Shown here: one piece after another, positions 1-10,217 of the stretch
Position numbering within the stretch: position 1 is the stretch's first letter
Layout: the number at the start of each line of letters is the position of its first letter
Program-made: the position numbers and the translations under genes
Notes under the pieces: generated by a model
Databases searched by the model: none
What the model was told of the DNA's origin: nothing
What the model saw: only the letters and a program-made list of their open reading frames with translations
Source of the DNA: Myxococcota bacterium
Lineage (GTDB): Bacteria > Myxococcota > XYA12-FULL-58-9 > JALHOP01
Length of the DNA stretch: 64,000 nt
Reading direction: 5' to 3'
Assembly: GCA_041288095.1 (NCBI GenBank)
Contig: JBGGMJ010000188.1
Location: forward strand, 73,288-137,287

Positions 1-364
1 ATGGCGGCTCGAGGCGGGTGAGCCGGCGCAAGTAGAATCGCCGCAAGTCGACGGCAGGCTGGCTCTGCAAGTGCCGTGCGGCGAACGGCGACCCGAGGAT
101 GAAGCCACTGATGACGAAGAACAGCTGTACGCCATTGTGGCCGTGCGCTATCGCGGCGTCTGCAAGGCTATCAGCAGAGAAGCCGCCGCGGTCGAGCACG
201 TAGGAACGGATGTGAAAGAGCACCACCCAGCTGATGGCGATGAAGCGCAATCCGTCGACCGCCGGATCGAATCGACCGGACGAGGTGACGCGTTGGAGGC
301 GGGCATAGAGCCACGCCAGTCGTTCCTGCCCTCGGCTAACCTCGGGCCGGGGACCTGGTTCCAT
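1..364 (-). CDS. Acyltransferase 3 (OafA/YrhL-like) membrane protein, 5' part; runs off the window
   Basis: Not in the ORF track. Manual translation from ATG 364 gives ...FDPAVDGLRFIAISWVVLFH...GVQLFFVISGFIL...RRFYLRRLTRLEPP, matching the DGLR, FFxxSGF and RRxxR motifs. Confidence 0.9.
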   Translation of the reverse strand, partial: MEPGPRPEVSRGQERLAWLYARLQRVTSSGRFDPAVDGLRFIAISWVVLFHIRSYVLDRGGFSADSLADAAIAHGHNGVQLFFVISGFILGSPFAARHLQSQPAVDLRRFYLRRLTRLEPP

Positions 365-366
365 CC

Positions 367-2826
367 TCAGGGCAACGACGGCAGTTGCGTCGAGCTCCCG
401 TCCGGTCCGACGGCAATGAGACGAATCTCTCGATCCGTCGATCCGACCGGCGGCGTGACGTAGCCCGCCGCGACCAGCAGCACGGATTGACCAGCAGCTC
501 CGGTCAGATCCAGGCTACCTCGAGCGGGTGGCGCGAAGGCATTGCGCTCGGCGTCGGCGGCCTCAACGCCGTATGGCGCCGGCACCAGGTTGAAGGTGAT
601 GACGCTGAAGGCCCCGAAATCGACACCGAGGCCGAAGGTCGTATCGTCGACTTCGCTGGACGAGTCGGCGCCCTCGTTCTCGAAAGCGAGCGTCGCGTTG
701 GAAACCGCATTGAACAAGCGCAGGTCGGCGAACGACGCCGACACGCCGGTCTCTTGGCCTGCAGTCGCGGTGAGCCCGACCTCAGCGAGCGTACCTCCGT
801 AGGCGACGATATGGTGCGGGACGCCGAGCGCGAAGTTGGGATTGGTGAGCGTCGCGAGCACTGGCGTCGCTCCTGGAAGTGCCTCGCCGAATACTGCTCC
901 GGTCGCCGCCGGTAAAAGCGCCAGAGTTACGTTGCTGCCCCCGGGAACGCCCGCCATCGGTGTCGCCGCAGTGTAGGCCAGGTCGTTCACGGCAAGGAAG
1001 CCGTTGACATAGACGTCGACATTGGCGCCCTCGGCAAGGCCGGCGGCGTGGACCACCTGCCCGCGCGCTGCTTGCTCGGCGAATGCGAACGAGCCACCTG
1101 TCGGAGGGATGAGCGCAAACCCGATCGCGGCGGGCTCGCTTGCATCACCCGTAGCGAACAAGAGCCAAGCGCCGCCCGCTGACAATGATGTGTAGAATCC
1201 GGCCGCGCTCGTTTGGATGGAGCCCAGTCTGTCTCCACCGCTCGTCATGTCGAGAGGCAGCTTCGTCGGTGGCAGGTCCACGTAGCCGGATGACGCGCCG
1301 TACGCGGTCGCGGAGAAGAGGGCCGTTCCAAAGCTCGATGCGGCGAAGGGCAATGACGCTGGGATACCGTTGAACAGAGCAACGCTCGCGACCGTGCTCG
1401 AGGTCGCGGTCGTGCGGGCGTCCGCGATGACATGCAATGCGAGGGCGTCATCGGCGGTGGTGGGCGCGCTGCCCAGGCCGTCCAGCACGACGACGGATGC
1501 CGTGGTGAGGGTTGCTTCGGTAGCGATGAGTGGTGTTGCCGTGGCTGGATCGTCGCCGGCCGCGAAGACTCGCATCAGAGCGTCGCCGCCTGGCGCGGCG
1601 ACGAATGCCGTCGCCGCGCGGTAGTCCAACCCCTCGGCGACTAGAGCTTCACCAATGTAAGCGTCGACCGCGGCCACGTCACGCGCGTTGTGCACGAACT
1701 GCAGTCGTGTACCGCTATCGAGGACATACAGCGGTCCGCCCGTGGGCAGTGCCGCCACTACCGCCAAGGATGGCCCACCGTTGTTGGCGACGGTGTCGAA
1801 AAAGCCGGAGGTGAGCACGATGAGAGCCGTGCCCGCGGGGACGCCATTCGGTGCCGCGATCGGCGATGCGCCTGCGCTGGTCTGCAAGCTGAGCGGAGGT
1901 GTCAGTACGCTGGAGCCGACACTCAGGAGCGAGACGCCGCGAGCCAGAGCTTGGTACGGCGTTAGGGTGCCGTAGGCGATGCCGGGAATCGCCGTTCCAC
2001 CGACAGTCGCGGTGACGGTGCCGACGTCGGGAGCTCCGTTGTAGACGGCGAGGTTGTATTGATTCGCCGGCAGGCCGTCGTCGGCACTGCTCCGTACGCC
2101 GGCGATGGTGTCGAGCGCGAGCGCCGGAATGCCTGGGGCAAAGTCGCTGGTGTCCACGACGCCGCCGACGATGACGGCGATACGGTCACCTGTCCCGATC
2201 GTGAACGTCGTTGTTGCGGCCGGTGTTACCGGTGTCGCGTCGGTCGAGCTCGACTCCGCGATCACGACTGTGACTTCGGTGCCCGATTCGAAAGGAATGA
2301 ATGGGGAAGCGGTGCGAAACGCCGCGTTGTCCACGATGAGCTCGCCGTTGACGTAAACGTCCACGGTCGTAAGTGCCGGGTCGGGAGCGTTGTGAATGAG
2401 CTGCAAAGCACCACCGTCGATGCACTCGTCGTCGATGAGCACTTGGCCATCGGCGCACGGCTCGAAGGCGAGGACGCACACGCGACCCTGTTGGACCGTA
2501 CCGGGGCCGCAGATGACCTCGGTCGTTGGGACACAGGCGTTTGCTGTTTCGTCGAAGCTGGTGCCCGAGCCGCAGAGCGAGCCCGACGGCACGCATTCGC
2601 GCGTGACAGGATCGAGAGCGGTGAACGGTCCGCAACCCGTACGGCTTGCGACGCAGATGTTGCCGTCCGTCAGCGTCGTGCCCGGCCCGCATTCGGCCGG
2701 AATCAACACGCACTCGCCGTTATTTTCGACCGTGCCGGCGCCGCAGTCATCACCGCAGCTTGCGAGCTCGCTGGCCGCGATGGTCAGACCGAGGCAAGCC
2801 ACGAAGTAATGCCTTTTAGAAGCCAT
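367..2826 (-). CDS. Lipoprotein with N-terminal Cys-pair repeats and multiple DUF4397-like domains
   Basis: Lipobox LASC; six Cys-pair (mostly CGxGT...C) repeats; repeated HNAPD..VDVYVNG, HNARD..VDAY and HAA..VDVYVNG units. Confidence 0.75.
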   Translation of the reverse strand: MASKRHYFVACLGLTIAASELASCGDDCGAGTVENNGECVLIPAECGPGTTLTDGNICVASRTGCGPFTALDPVTRECVPSGSLCGSGTSFDETANACVPTTEVICGPGTVQQGRVCVLAFEPCADGQVLIDDECIDGGALQLIHNAPDPALTTVDVYVNGELIVDNAAFRTASPFIPFESGTEVTVVIAESSSTDATPVTPAATTTFTIGTGDRIAVIVGGVVDTSDFAPGIPALALDTIAGVRSSADDGLPANQYNLAVYNGAPDVGTVTATVGGTAIPGIAYGTLTPYQALARGVSLLSVGSSVLTPPLSLQTSAGASPIAAPNGVPAGTALIVLTSGFFDTVANNGGPSLAVVAALPTGGPLYVLDSGTRLQFVHNARDVAAVDAYIGEALVAEGLDYRAATAFVAAPGGDALMRVFAAGDDPATATPLIATEATLTTASVVVLDGLGSAPTTADDALALHVIADARTTATSSTVASVALFNGIPASLPFAASSFGTALFSATAYGASSGYVDLPPTKLPLDMTSGGDRLGSIQTSAAGFYTSLSAGGAWLLFATGDASEPAAIGFALIPPTGGSFAFAEQAARGQVVHAAGLAEGANVDVYVNGFLAVNDLAYTAATPMAGVPGGSNVTLALLPAATGAVFGEALPGATPVLATLTNPNFALGVPHHIVAYGGTLAEVGLTATAGQETGVSASFADLRLFNAVSNATLAFENEGADSSSEVDDTTFGLGVDFGAFSVITFNLVPAPYGVEAADAERNAFAPPARGSLDLTGAAGQSVLLVAAGYVTPPVGSTDREIRLIAVGPDGSSTQLPSLP

Positions 2827-2898
2827 GTCATCGCCCCCGATTTTGTGCCCTGGGAATACCCCGCTTCGGCGGCGATCTCCAGAAACCCACCCCTTGCG

Positions 2899-4257
2899 TC
2901 AAGCGCTAGGGATGCGGACCGTGAACGAGCTGCCCTCGCCGACCGTGCTCGTTGCCTCGAGCTTTCCGTCATGGGCTTCGACAATGCGGCGAGCGAGAGC
3001 GAGCCCGAGGCCGAAGCCCCCGGTAACGCGAGAGCGACTTCGGTCGCCCCGGAAGAACGGCGTGAACAGGTGATCCATGTCTTCCTTGGGGATGCCCGCA
3101 CCCCGGTCCTCGACGACGACGACCGCCGCGTCGTTGATGCGCGCGAGCGTCATCCGCACCGGTGTGTCCGCCTCTGAATACTTCGCCGCGTTGTCGAGGA
3201 GGTTGTCGATGGCCCGACGCAAAAGGACCCGGTCGGCGGCGAGCCGAGGCGCATCGTGCCCGATGTCGAGGTCGAGCTTACGCTGCGGATGCGCGGTCGA
3301 GAACCTAGTCGCCGCCTCACGAACGACCTCGTCACTAGCCACATCCTCGATCCGCAACGGCGGCAATCCGCTATCGCGCCCATCCGCGAGCTCGAACCGC
3401 GCCGTCGTCAGCACATCCTCCACCAGCCGCTCGAGCTCCGTGATGTCCGTCGCGACTTCGCCCATGTAGCGCTTCGCCGCCGCCGAGTCCCCCTCGGCCG
3501 CGAGCTCCAGCGCTACCCGCATTCGCGCCAGCGGCGTTCGCAGCTCGTGCGAGACGTTCGCGAGCAGCTCCTTCTCGTTGCGCAGGAGCTTCTCGATTCG
3601 ATCCGCCATCTCGTCGAACGCGCGCGCCAGGTCGCCGATGTCGTCGCGGCGGGTTATGCCGGTGCGGGAGCGGAAGTCGCCGCTACCGAGGCGTTGGGCG
3701 GCCGCGATGAGGCTGTCGATGGGGTTGGCGATGCGACGGGCCAGGGGCAGCGAGACGATGGTGAGGATCGCGAGCATCACCAGGATGATGGTGAGGATGC
3801 GCCGCCAGCGGTCCTCGTCATGTGACCAGGGCGGCTTCCACACCAGGACGGCGTAGCTGCGCGATAGCGTCATGGCGCCGATGGCGTCGGGCTTTTTTGG
3901 CAGCTGGAAGCCGGCGGTCTTGTCGAGGGCCGCGTGGCGTTCGGCGCTCCAGGGGAGGGGCGGCTCGCAGTTGCTGGCGATGAGCGCGTCGTTGACGTCG
4001 TAGACGGTGGCGTCGACCGGCAGCGAATCGAGGAGAACCTTCACGCGCGAGGGGTCGCGCGGCATCTCGGCCACCAGGTGATCGAGGCGCTCGGCGAGTA
4101 GGGTGATGCTGCGGCGGTGGCGCGGGTGCGAGTCGATGGGGCGGATGACCTGGCCGACGGCGACGACCGCGACCGACGTGAGCACGAGCAAGCCGATGCC
4201 GTGCAGGTAGATGCGCCAGAACAGACGGCTGCCCGCGGGCCTGACGCTGTTCTTCAC
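2899..4257 (-). CDS. HAMP sensor histidine kinase (CpxA/BaeS-like)
   Basis: Two TM segments, HAMP, H-box NVSHELRTPL, N-box NLLDNAAKYS, DRGAG, GFGLGL. Confidence 0.95.
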   Translation of the reverse strand: MKNSVRPAGSRLFWRIYLHGIGLLVLTSVAVVAVGQVIRPIDSHPRHRRSITLLAERLDHLVAEMPRDPSRVKVLLDSLPVDATVYDVNDALIASNCEPPLPWSAERHAALDKTAGFQLPKKPDAIGAMTLSRSYAVLVWKPPWSHDEDRWRRILTIILVMLAILTIVSLPLARRIANPIDSLIAAAQRLGSGDFRSRTGITRRDDIGDLARAFDEMADRIEKLLRNEKELLANVSHELRTPLARMRVALELAAEGDSAAAKRYMGEVATDITELERLVEDVLTTARFELADGRDSGLPPLRIEDVASDEVVREAATRFSTAHPQRKLDLDIGHDAPRLAADRVLLRRAIDNLLDNAAKYSEADTPVRMTLARINDAAVVVVEDRGAGIPKEDMDHLFTPFFRGDRSRSRVTGGFGLGLALARRIVEAHDGKLEATSTVGEGSSFTVRIPSA

Positions 4258-4955
4258 TCGTCGCTCGCCGCCAAAACGTAGCCCGCTCCACGCACGGTCT
4301 TGATGAGCTTGTCGCCGTCAGCGACGGCGGCGAGCTTCTGGCGCAGCCGCGAGATGTGCACGTCGATGGAGCGGTCGAAGGCCTCCTCGGCGGTGCCTTT
4401 GGCTAGCTCCATCATTTGCTCGCGCGACAGGACCCGGCCGGCGCGCTCGGCGAGCACCCGCAACAACGTGAACTCGTAAGCGGTGAGCGGCAGCTCCTGG
4501 TCGCGATAGGTGGCGATGCGTCGCGTCGGATCGACCAGCAGTCCGCCAGCGCGGACGGTCCGGGTCGGCGGCCCAGCACGGCCGCGGGTGCGCCGCAGAA
4601 TCGCGTGGATGCGGGCGAGGAGCTCGCGCGGCGAGAACGGCTTCGCCAAATAATCGTCGGCGCCGAGCTCGAGACCCAGCACGCGATCGGCTTCTTCACC
4701 CCGCGCCGTCAACATGATGATGGGCACGTCGCTCTCGGTGCGCAGGGCGCGGCAAACATCCACGCCCGAGAGCTTGGGCAACATGAGGTCGAGCAAGATG
4801 ACGTCGTACCGCAGCTTGCGAGCTTCATCGAGACCGGCCTGGCCGTCCGCCTTGTGCGTCACGCTGACGTCGTGCTGTTGCAGGTAGTCCGCCGTGAGCC
4901 GCGCCAAGCGCGCATCGTCTTCGATGAGCAGGGCGGTGGTCGTCTGCGCCGTCAT
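4254..4955 (-). CDS. OmpR-family response regulator
   Basis: Start MTAQTT behind GGAG; IEDD, LDLMLP, KPFSPREL, wHTH DRSIDVHISRLRQK, TVRGAGY. Confidence 0.95.
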   Translation of the reverse strand: MTAQTTTALLIEDDARLARLTADYLQQHDVSVTHKADGQAGLDEARKLRYDVILLDLMLPKLSGVDVCRALRTESDVPIIMLTARGEEADRVLGLELGADDYLAKPFSPRELLARIHAILRRTRGRAGPPTRTVRAGGLLVDPTRRIATYRDQELPLTAYEFTLLRVLAERAGRVLSREQMMELAKGTAEEAFDRSIDVHISRLRQKLAAVADGDKLIKTVRGAGYVLAASDE

Positions 4956-5016
4956 GGGCTCCCCGAGCGACGTCACGCCGCCGCCTCCGGGGAGCCTATC
5001 GCACGTCCTGGCTCCA

Positions 5017-5484
5017 TTAGAAGCGGCCGAAGTGACCGTGATGCTCGCGCACCCGCTCGGCGAGCTCCTTGCGCTGCTCGGGGGTGAGCTGCGCATGGAT
5101 GCCCCTGGCCGCGGTCACGGCTTCGTGCGCCAAAGCGGTCATGCGTTGCGCGCGCTCGTCGATCAGACGATCGATCTCGCGCGTGTCCGGATTGTTGCTC
5201 TCGATGGCCGCTGCCACTGCGTCGGCGAGCTGCTTGCGCTCGCCCTTCGCGTGTTCGGCCTGCACCTTCGCCACCAAGCCGTCGACGATGGCGAGGATCT
5301 GGGAACGCTGCGTGTCGGTCGCGTCGATGTCGTCGAGGGTTTCGTTGACTCTAAAGTCGACGAATTTCTTCATGCGCTCGGGGTTCTTGCCGTGGCGCGG
5401 GCCACGCGCGAAGGCGCTCCCGAGCCCAATGACCAACGCGCAAGGCACCAGAACGTAAAGGGCGTAACGGAGAACAGGCTTCAT
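5017..5484 (-). CDS. Spy/CpxP-family periplasmic protein
   Basis: Signal peptide, helical body, C-terminal LTPEQR (LTxxQ) motif; directly upstream of the RR/HK pair. Confidence 0.85.
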   Translation of the reverse strand: MKPVLRYALYVLVPCALVIGLGSAFARGPRHGKNPERMKKFVDFRVNETLDDIDATDTQRSQILAIVDGLVAKVQAEHAKGERKQLADAVAAAIESNNPDTREIDRLIDERAQRMTALAHEAVTAARGIHAQLTPEQRKELAERVREHHGHFGRF

Positions 5485-5551
5485 GGGGTGATGGCTCCAA
5501 CGCGCGCTCGCGGCTGTGGATCACCACGTTCGCGCCCTACCACCATGGGCA

Positions 5552-5570
5552 GTCGCCATTACGTCGCCAT
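5552..5570. promoter_or_regulatory. Direct repeat GTCGCCAT-tac-GTCGCCAT (11-bp period); candidate OmpR-type box for the spy-RR-HK operon
   Basis: Exact 8-bp tandem about 70 bp upstream of the Spy-like start. Confidence 0.35.
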
Positions 5571-5604
5571 GTCCTGATCTTTAAGAAATGTGACCGGCGA
5601 GGGT

Positions 5605-5988
5605 TTAGCCTCGGTGGCCAATCACCTTGCCGCCGCTCACGACCTCACCTTTGCGGGTGATGCCGTCGATGACGACGAAGCCATCCTCGACGATGACGGG
5701 ACCGTTGCCGAAGTCGACGCGCGCGTTCTCGAGGAGCTTCCCCTCCTGGACGGCGACGAAGCGCTGGCCGACCTGGAAAACGCCGTGCACGTCCTTGGGG
5801 ATCGGCTTCCGGGCCACCTTGTACTGCTCGTACCAGAGGGGCGGCGCGACCGCGTCGGGCTTCGCTGCCGGGCCGGAGTGTGGCTTCGGGCGGACGACCT
5901 TCCAACCGGGGAGGGCCTTCTGGGCAATGCGCTCGGCTTCGGTGAGCTTCTCGGGGGTCGGCGCCGGCTTGCGAGTGATGCGGGTCAT
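5605..5988 (-). CDS. Hypothetical 127-aa protein (MTRITRKPAPTPEK...)
   Basis: AGGAG RBS before ATG 5988; GC3-rich codons; fills the gap upstream of the helicase. Confidence 0.7.
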   Translation of the reverse strand: MTRITRKPAPTPEKLTEAERIAQKALPGWKVVRPKPHSGPAAKPDAVAPPLWYEQYKVARKPIPKDVHGVFQVGQRFVAVQEGKLLENARVDFGNGPVIVEDGFVVIDGITRKGEVVSGGKVIGHRG

Positions 5989-6147
5989 GACGGTCTCCTG
6001 CAGGCGGAGGGTGTCGGCAGCCGCGGAAGCGCGATGCGAGAAACGGCGGTGCCACGGTTGTCGCGTCGACCCGCGGCAGCCAACCGCCAGCAACAACGAG
6101 GCTTTTCTCGCGATAAGCCCCTTTGTCGCTGGAGGAAGTCGTTTCGC

Positions 6148-7308
6148 GTGTCGTTTTCCGTGTTTGGGTTGCATCCCGGTATCGTCGCCGCCGTCGAGCG
6201 GCAGGGTTACACGGTCCCCACCCCCATCCAGACGGCCGCCATTCCGCTCATCTCCTCGGGGCGTGATCTCCTGGGCTGCGCCGCGACCGGCACCGGCAAG
6301 ACCGCTGCTTTCGCGCTGCCCATCATCAATCGCCTGGTCCAGGACCCGAAGCGCCGGCGCCTGCCGCGGGCCCTGGTGCTGGTGCCGACCCGTGAGCTCG
6401 CGCTGCAGATCGCCGAGAGCTTCGACGCGTACTCGAACGGCAACGTGCGCTGCGCCGTGCTCATCGGTGGCGTCGGCGCCAATCACCAGGTGGCGTCCTT
6501 GCGCAACGGCTGCGAGGTCATCGTCGCGGCACCCGGCCGCATGCTCGATCTCATGGAGCAGGGCGCCGTCGATCTGCGGGTTATCGGCGTGCTGGTGCTC
6601 GATGAGGCCGATCGCATGCTCGATATGGGGTTCATTCGGCCGCTAAAGCGGATCATCGCCGCGCTGCCCCGAGAGCGTCAGAGCCTCCTCTTCTCGGCGA
6701 CCATGCCCGAGGACATCCGCAAGCTCGCCTCCGGCCTCCTGCGCGATCCTGCGAACATCGCCGTCAACCGCGTAGCCGAGCCCGCAAAGACCGTCGACCA
6801 GCGGGTCTATCACGTGCCGCAGCACGACAAGTCGCAGCTCTTGAAGAGCCTCTTCAGCTCCGAGAACATGACCCGCGCCATCGTCTTTACGCGTACCAAA
6901 CATGGTGCCAACCGCCTGGGCCGCCGCCTCGAGCAGGCCGGCATCGCCAACGGCGTCATTCATGGCAACAAGTCCCAGAATGCGCGCGTCCAAGCACTCG
7001 ATGCCTTCCGTCGTGGCTGCGTGCCCATGCTCATCGCCACCGATGTCGCGGCGCGCGGCATCGACGTCGACGGTATCTCGCACGTCGTGAACTTCGACCT
7101 TCCCAACGAGCCCGAGAGTTACGTCCACCGCATTGGCCGCACGGGTCGGGCGGGTGCGGCCGGATCCGCTATAGCGTTCTGCGATCCGAGTGAGCGCGAC
7201 TTCCTGCGTCAGATCGAGCACCTGACCCGGGCCCCGTTGAAGGTCGTGGGCGAACGCCCACCCGAGACCGTAGCTCCGGGAAGAAAACGCTCAGCGGGTC
7301 GGCGTTAG
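6148..7308 (+). CDS. rhlE: DEAD-box RNA helicase (RhlE-like)
   Basis: GTG start after GGAGG; Q-motif PTPIQ, TGTGKT, PTREL, DEAD, SAT, ARGID, HRIGRTGR. Confidence 0.92.
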   Translation: MSFSVFGLHPGIVAAVERQGYTVPTPIQTAAIPLISSGRDLLGCAATGTGKTAAFALPIINRLVQDPKRRRLPRALVLVPTRELALQIAESFDAYSNGNVRCAVLIGGVGANHQVASLRNGCEVIVAAPGRMLDLMEQGAVDLRVIGVLVLDEADRMLDMGFIRPLKRIIAALPRERQSLLFSATMPEDIRKLASGLLRDPANIAVNRVAEPAKTVDQRVYHVPQHDKSQLLKSLFSSENMTRAIVFTRTKHGANRLGRRLEQAGIANGVIHGNKSQNARVQALDAFRRGCVPMLIATDVAARGIDVDGISHVVNFDLPNEPESYVHRIGRTGRAGAAGSAIAFCDPSERDFLRQIEHLTRAPLKVVGERPPETVAPGRKRSAGRR

Positions 7309-7552
7309 CGACCGTTTTACTTCTCAAGCCCTCCATCCCCCACGCCGACGGCCAATGTCTCGGGTGCGCGTGTATGTAGGCAGAGCGGTACCCATGAAGG
7401 CTTTTGCGCCCCCGAAGATCCTTCCGAGGCTTGAATTTCGCATGCGAGCGGAGTTTTCGCCTTGTACCATTCTGAGTGTCGGGCCCCTGGAGGCGAGCTT
7501 CGTACCCGCGAAGCGATCACCTCCCTCGACGGAAGGTTGGTTCAGGAAGGGT

Positions 7553-8287
7553 ATGCGCGTGTTGTCCGTTTTCGCGCTCGGGTTCGTGGCCGCTGCCTGC
7601 GCTTCGAACAGCTCCATCGCCCCCGATATCACCGTTTCCAAGCAGCGCGCCGACGGTCCGCTGGTCGCGTCGATGCAGCCGGTCTCGGCCGAAGTCTCCG
7701 ATGCCCCAGTCACCGAGGGTGACGCCGACGAGTCCGCCGGCGGGCTCCTCGAGCGAGCCTTCGCGCAGTTCAATCGCGACCAGTATGCTTCGTCCGCTAA
7801 AACGTTCTGGCGGTCGATCGGCACCAACAACCTCAACGAAGCCGGCCGCGCGCTCGCCTACTGGCACATCTACCTCGCCGAGAAGCGGATGAATCACGAA
7901 GACAAGAGCACCGAAGCGCTGGCGAGCTTCACCACGGTGGCGCAAGAGCTCATGGAGAGCCGCGGCTCGTCGGGTGACTTCATCGAGCGCTTCAGCCTCG
8001 ACGCGCGCCTCTCGCGGGCGCGGGCCATCCTCTCGGCGACCTGGGCCAAGCGCGTTCCCGGCTACGGCCGCACCGCCGGTGAAGCGGTGCCGGTGTTCGA
8101 CCAAATCGAAGCCGACTACTTCGCGGAGATCGCGCCGCCGTGCGCCAGCGCCAAGCGCCGCCAGACCGACAAGCGCACCATGGCTGGTCGCGCCGGCAAC
8201 GAGCTCCAGCGGGTGACCATCTACTGCGAAGGTCAGCGAAACGGCACCGACTACTATCTGGAGATTGTGAAGAACACGGTGGAGTAG
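7553..8287 (+). CDS. Hypothetical lipoprotein with helical/TPR-like region
   Basis: MRVLSVFALGFVAAAC lipobox after AGGAAGG. Confidence 0.7.
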   Translation: MRVLSVFALGFVAAACASNSSIAPDITVSKQRADGPLVASMQPVSAEVSDAPVTEGDADESAGGLLERAFAQFNRDQYASSAKTFWRSIGTNNLNEAGRALAYWHIYLAEKRMNHEDKSTEALASFTTVAQELMESRGSSGDFIERFSLDARLSRARAILSATWAKRVPGYGRTAGEAVPVFDQIEADYFAEIAPPCASAKRRQTDKRTMAGRAGNELQRVTIYCEGQRNGTDYYLEIVKNTVE

Positions 8288-8302
8288 GCATACCTCCGCG
8301 GT

Positions 8303-9742
8303 ATGCCCGTCCCTGCTTCTCGCATTCGCGCCGTCAACGACGCGCCGGTTCGCCCGGACCGCGACTTCGTCCTCCATTGGATGACCGGCGTGCGCCGCAT
8401 CGACGGCAACTTCGCGATCGACCGCGCCGTCGAGCACGCCAAGGCCTTGAACAAGCCGCTCCTCGTCTTCGAGGCCCTGCGCGCCGGTTACAAGTGGGCA
8501 AGCGACCGGCTGCACGCCTTCGCCATCGCTGGGATGCGCGACAACGCCGCCCGCCTCGAGGGCACCGGCGTCGGTTATTACTGCTACCTCGAAGCCAAGC
8601 ACGGCCACGCGCGGGGGCTCCTCGAACAGCTCGCGGGCCACGCCTGCGTGATCACCACCGATGACGTGCCGACGTTTTTCCTGCCCGCGATGGTGCAGGC
8701 CGCCGGCGCGAAGATCGACGTCCGCCTCGAAGCCATCGACGGCAACGGGCTCTTGCCGCTGCGTGCCACCAGCAAGGTGTTCGAGCGCGCCCAGGATTTC
8801 CGCCGCTACATGCAGAAGACCGTGGTGGCCGAGCTCGAGCACACGCCGCGGGTGAATCCGCTAAAAGACACAGAGCTGCCCGCGTTCAAGCATCTACCGA
8901 AGGACATCGCCGCCAAGTGGCCGCACGGCTGTGACTTGCCGCTGGAGCGGATGGCCATCGACCACGACGTGCCCGTGGCGCGGCTCGAAGGTGGCTCGGT
9001 CCAGGGTCTCGCCACCGCCAAGCAATTCATCGCCAAAAAGCTCGGCAACTACGGGGAAGGCCGCAATCACCCCGACGAGGGTGCCGCGAGCGGGTTGTCG
9101 CCGTATCTGCACTGGGGCTTCGTGGGGGTGCATCAGATCTTCGCCTTACTCGCCGACCGCGAAGAGTGGACCCCCGCGAAGGTCGGAAAGGCCAACGGCA
9201 AGCGCGCCGGCTTCTGGAACATGAGTGAAAATGCCGAGTCGTTCCTCGACGAGCTCATCACCTGGCGCGAGGTCGGCTACAACTCCGCAGCCCTGCGAGT
9301 CGACCCCGAGAGCTACGACTCGCTACCTGCATGGGCGAAGACGACGCTCGCCAAGCACGCCAGCGATAAACGCGAGCACAGCTACGACCTCGAAACTCTC
9401 GAGTCCGCTAAAACGTATGATGAAGTTTGGAATGCCGCACAGAACGAGCTCCTGCGCGAAGGCCGCATGCACAATTATCTGCGCATGTTGTGGGGCAAGA
9501 AGATCCTCGAATGGTCGGAAACACCGCGGCAGGCGCTCGAGACGCTGCTGCACTTGAACAACAAGTACGCGCTCGACGGACGCAACCCCAACTCGACGAG
9601 CGGCATCTTCTGGGTGTTCGGCCGCTATGACAGACCGTGGGGCCCGGAGCGCAAGATTTTCGGCACGGTGCGCTACATGACCAGCCAGAGCACGCTGCGC
9701 AAGCTCCGCATGCGCGACTACATGGCGAAGTACGGCCGCTGA
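8303..9742 (+). CDS. Deoxyribodipyrimidine photolyase, class II-like
   Basis: VLHWM..RRIDGNFA, SGLSPYLHWG, ELITWRE, MHNYLRMLWGKKILEW, KYALDGRNPN, FGTVRYM. Confidence 0.9.
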   Translation: MPVPASRIRAVNDAPVRPDRDFVLHWMTGVRRIDGNFAIDRAVEHAKALNKPLLVFEALRAGYKWASDRLHAFAIAGMRDNAARLEGTGVGYYCYLEAKHGHARGLLEQLAGHACVITTDDVPTFFLPAMVQAAGAKIDVRLEAIDGNGLLPLRATSKVFERAQDFRRYMQKTVVAELEHTPRVNPLKDTELPAFKHLPKDIAAKWPHGCDLPLERMAIDHDVPVARLEGGSVQGLATAKQFIAKKLGNYGEGRNHPDEGAASGLSPYLHWGFVGVHQIFALLADREEWTPAKVGKANGKRAGFWNMSENAESFLDELITWREVGYNSAALRVDPESYDSLPAWAKTTLAKHASDKREHSYDLETLESAKTYDEVWNAAQNELLREGRMHNYLRMLWGKKILEWSETPRQALETLLHLNNKYALDGRNPNSTSGIFWVFGRYDRPWGPERKIFGTVRYMTSQSTLRKLRMRDYMAKYGR

Positions 9743-9751
9743 CGAGCTACT

Positions 9752-9779
9752 CGGGACGCCCCACGTGAGGGGGCGCCCG
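9752..9779. terminator. GC-rich hairpin between convergent genes
   Basis: CGGGACGCCCC / GGGGCGCCCG inverted repeat with a one-base bulge. Confidence 0.45.
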
Positions 9780-9812
9780 CGAGCAGCCTCGCCGGCGGTA
9801 ATACTACCGGCG

Positions 9813-9992
9813 TCACAATACGGATCGTTTACCGCCCCGCATCATGCCCGAGACCAGCGAGACGATCGCCAGCGCCAGGAAGACGAAGAACAGGATCTTG
9901 GCGATCCCCGCGGCGCCTGCCGCGATGCTACCGAAGCCGAAGAACGCCGCCACGAGCGCGACGATGAAAAAAGCGATTGCGTAACCCAACAT
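9813..9992 (-). CDS. DUF1328 / UPF0391 small membrane protein (YtjA-like)
   Basis: [39 protein letters not shown]. Confidence 0.92.
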   Translation of the reverse strand: MLGYAIAFFIVALVAAFFGFGSIAAGAAGIAKILFFVFLALAIVSLVSGMMRGGKRSVL

Positions 9993-10058
9993 CGCTATTA
10001 CCCCCGTTGAAGTGGTGGCACCGGCCCGAGCTGGCACCGATTCCTTGACCCCATCCTG

Positions 10059-10074
10059 TGCAGCACATGTGCCA
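10059..10074 (-). promoter_or_regulatory. sigma54 (-24/-12) promoter of the DUF1328 gene
   Basis: TGGCACatgtgCTGCA on the minus strand, exact GG-N10-GC spacing. Confidence 0.7.
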
Positions 10075-10217
10075 AAGGGTGAGAAACACCCAGGAACGGG
10101 CGAATCAGTGAGGCGGCGCCACGGCGCGTGCCCCATCCGACCCCAAAGCGCCCCACGCAGGCGACCGCCAAGGGTCGGGGTTCCACACGAAGCGGCGTCG
10201 TGCTACGCCAAAGCCCG

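Noticed and set aside
5590..6147. 186-aa N-terminal extension of the DEAD-box helicase
   Set aside because: Largely the antisense shadow of the 5605-5988 gene; helicase homology and RBS begin at GTG 6148
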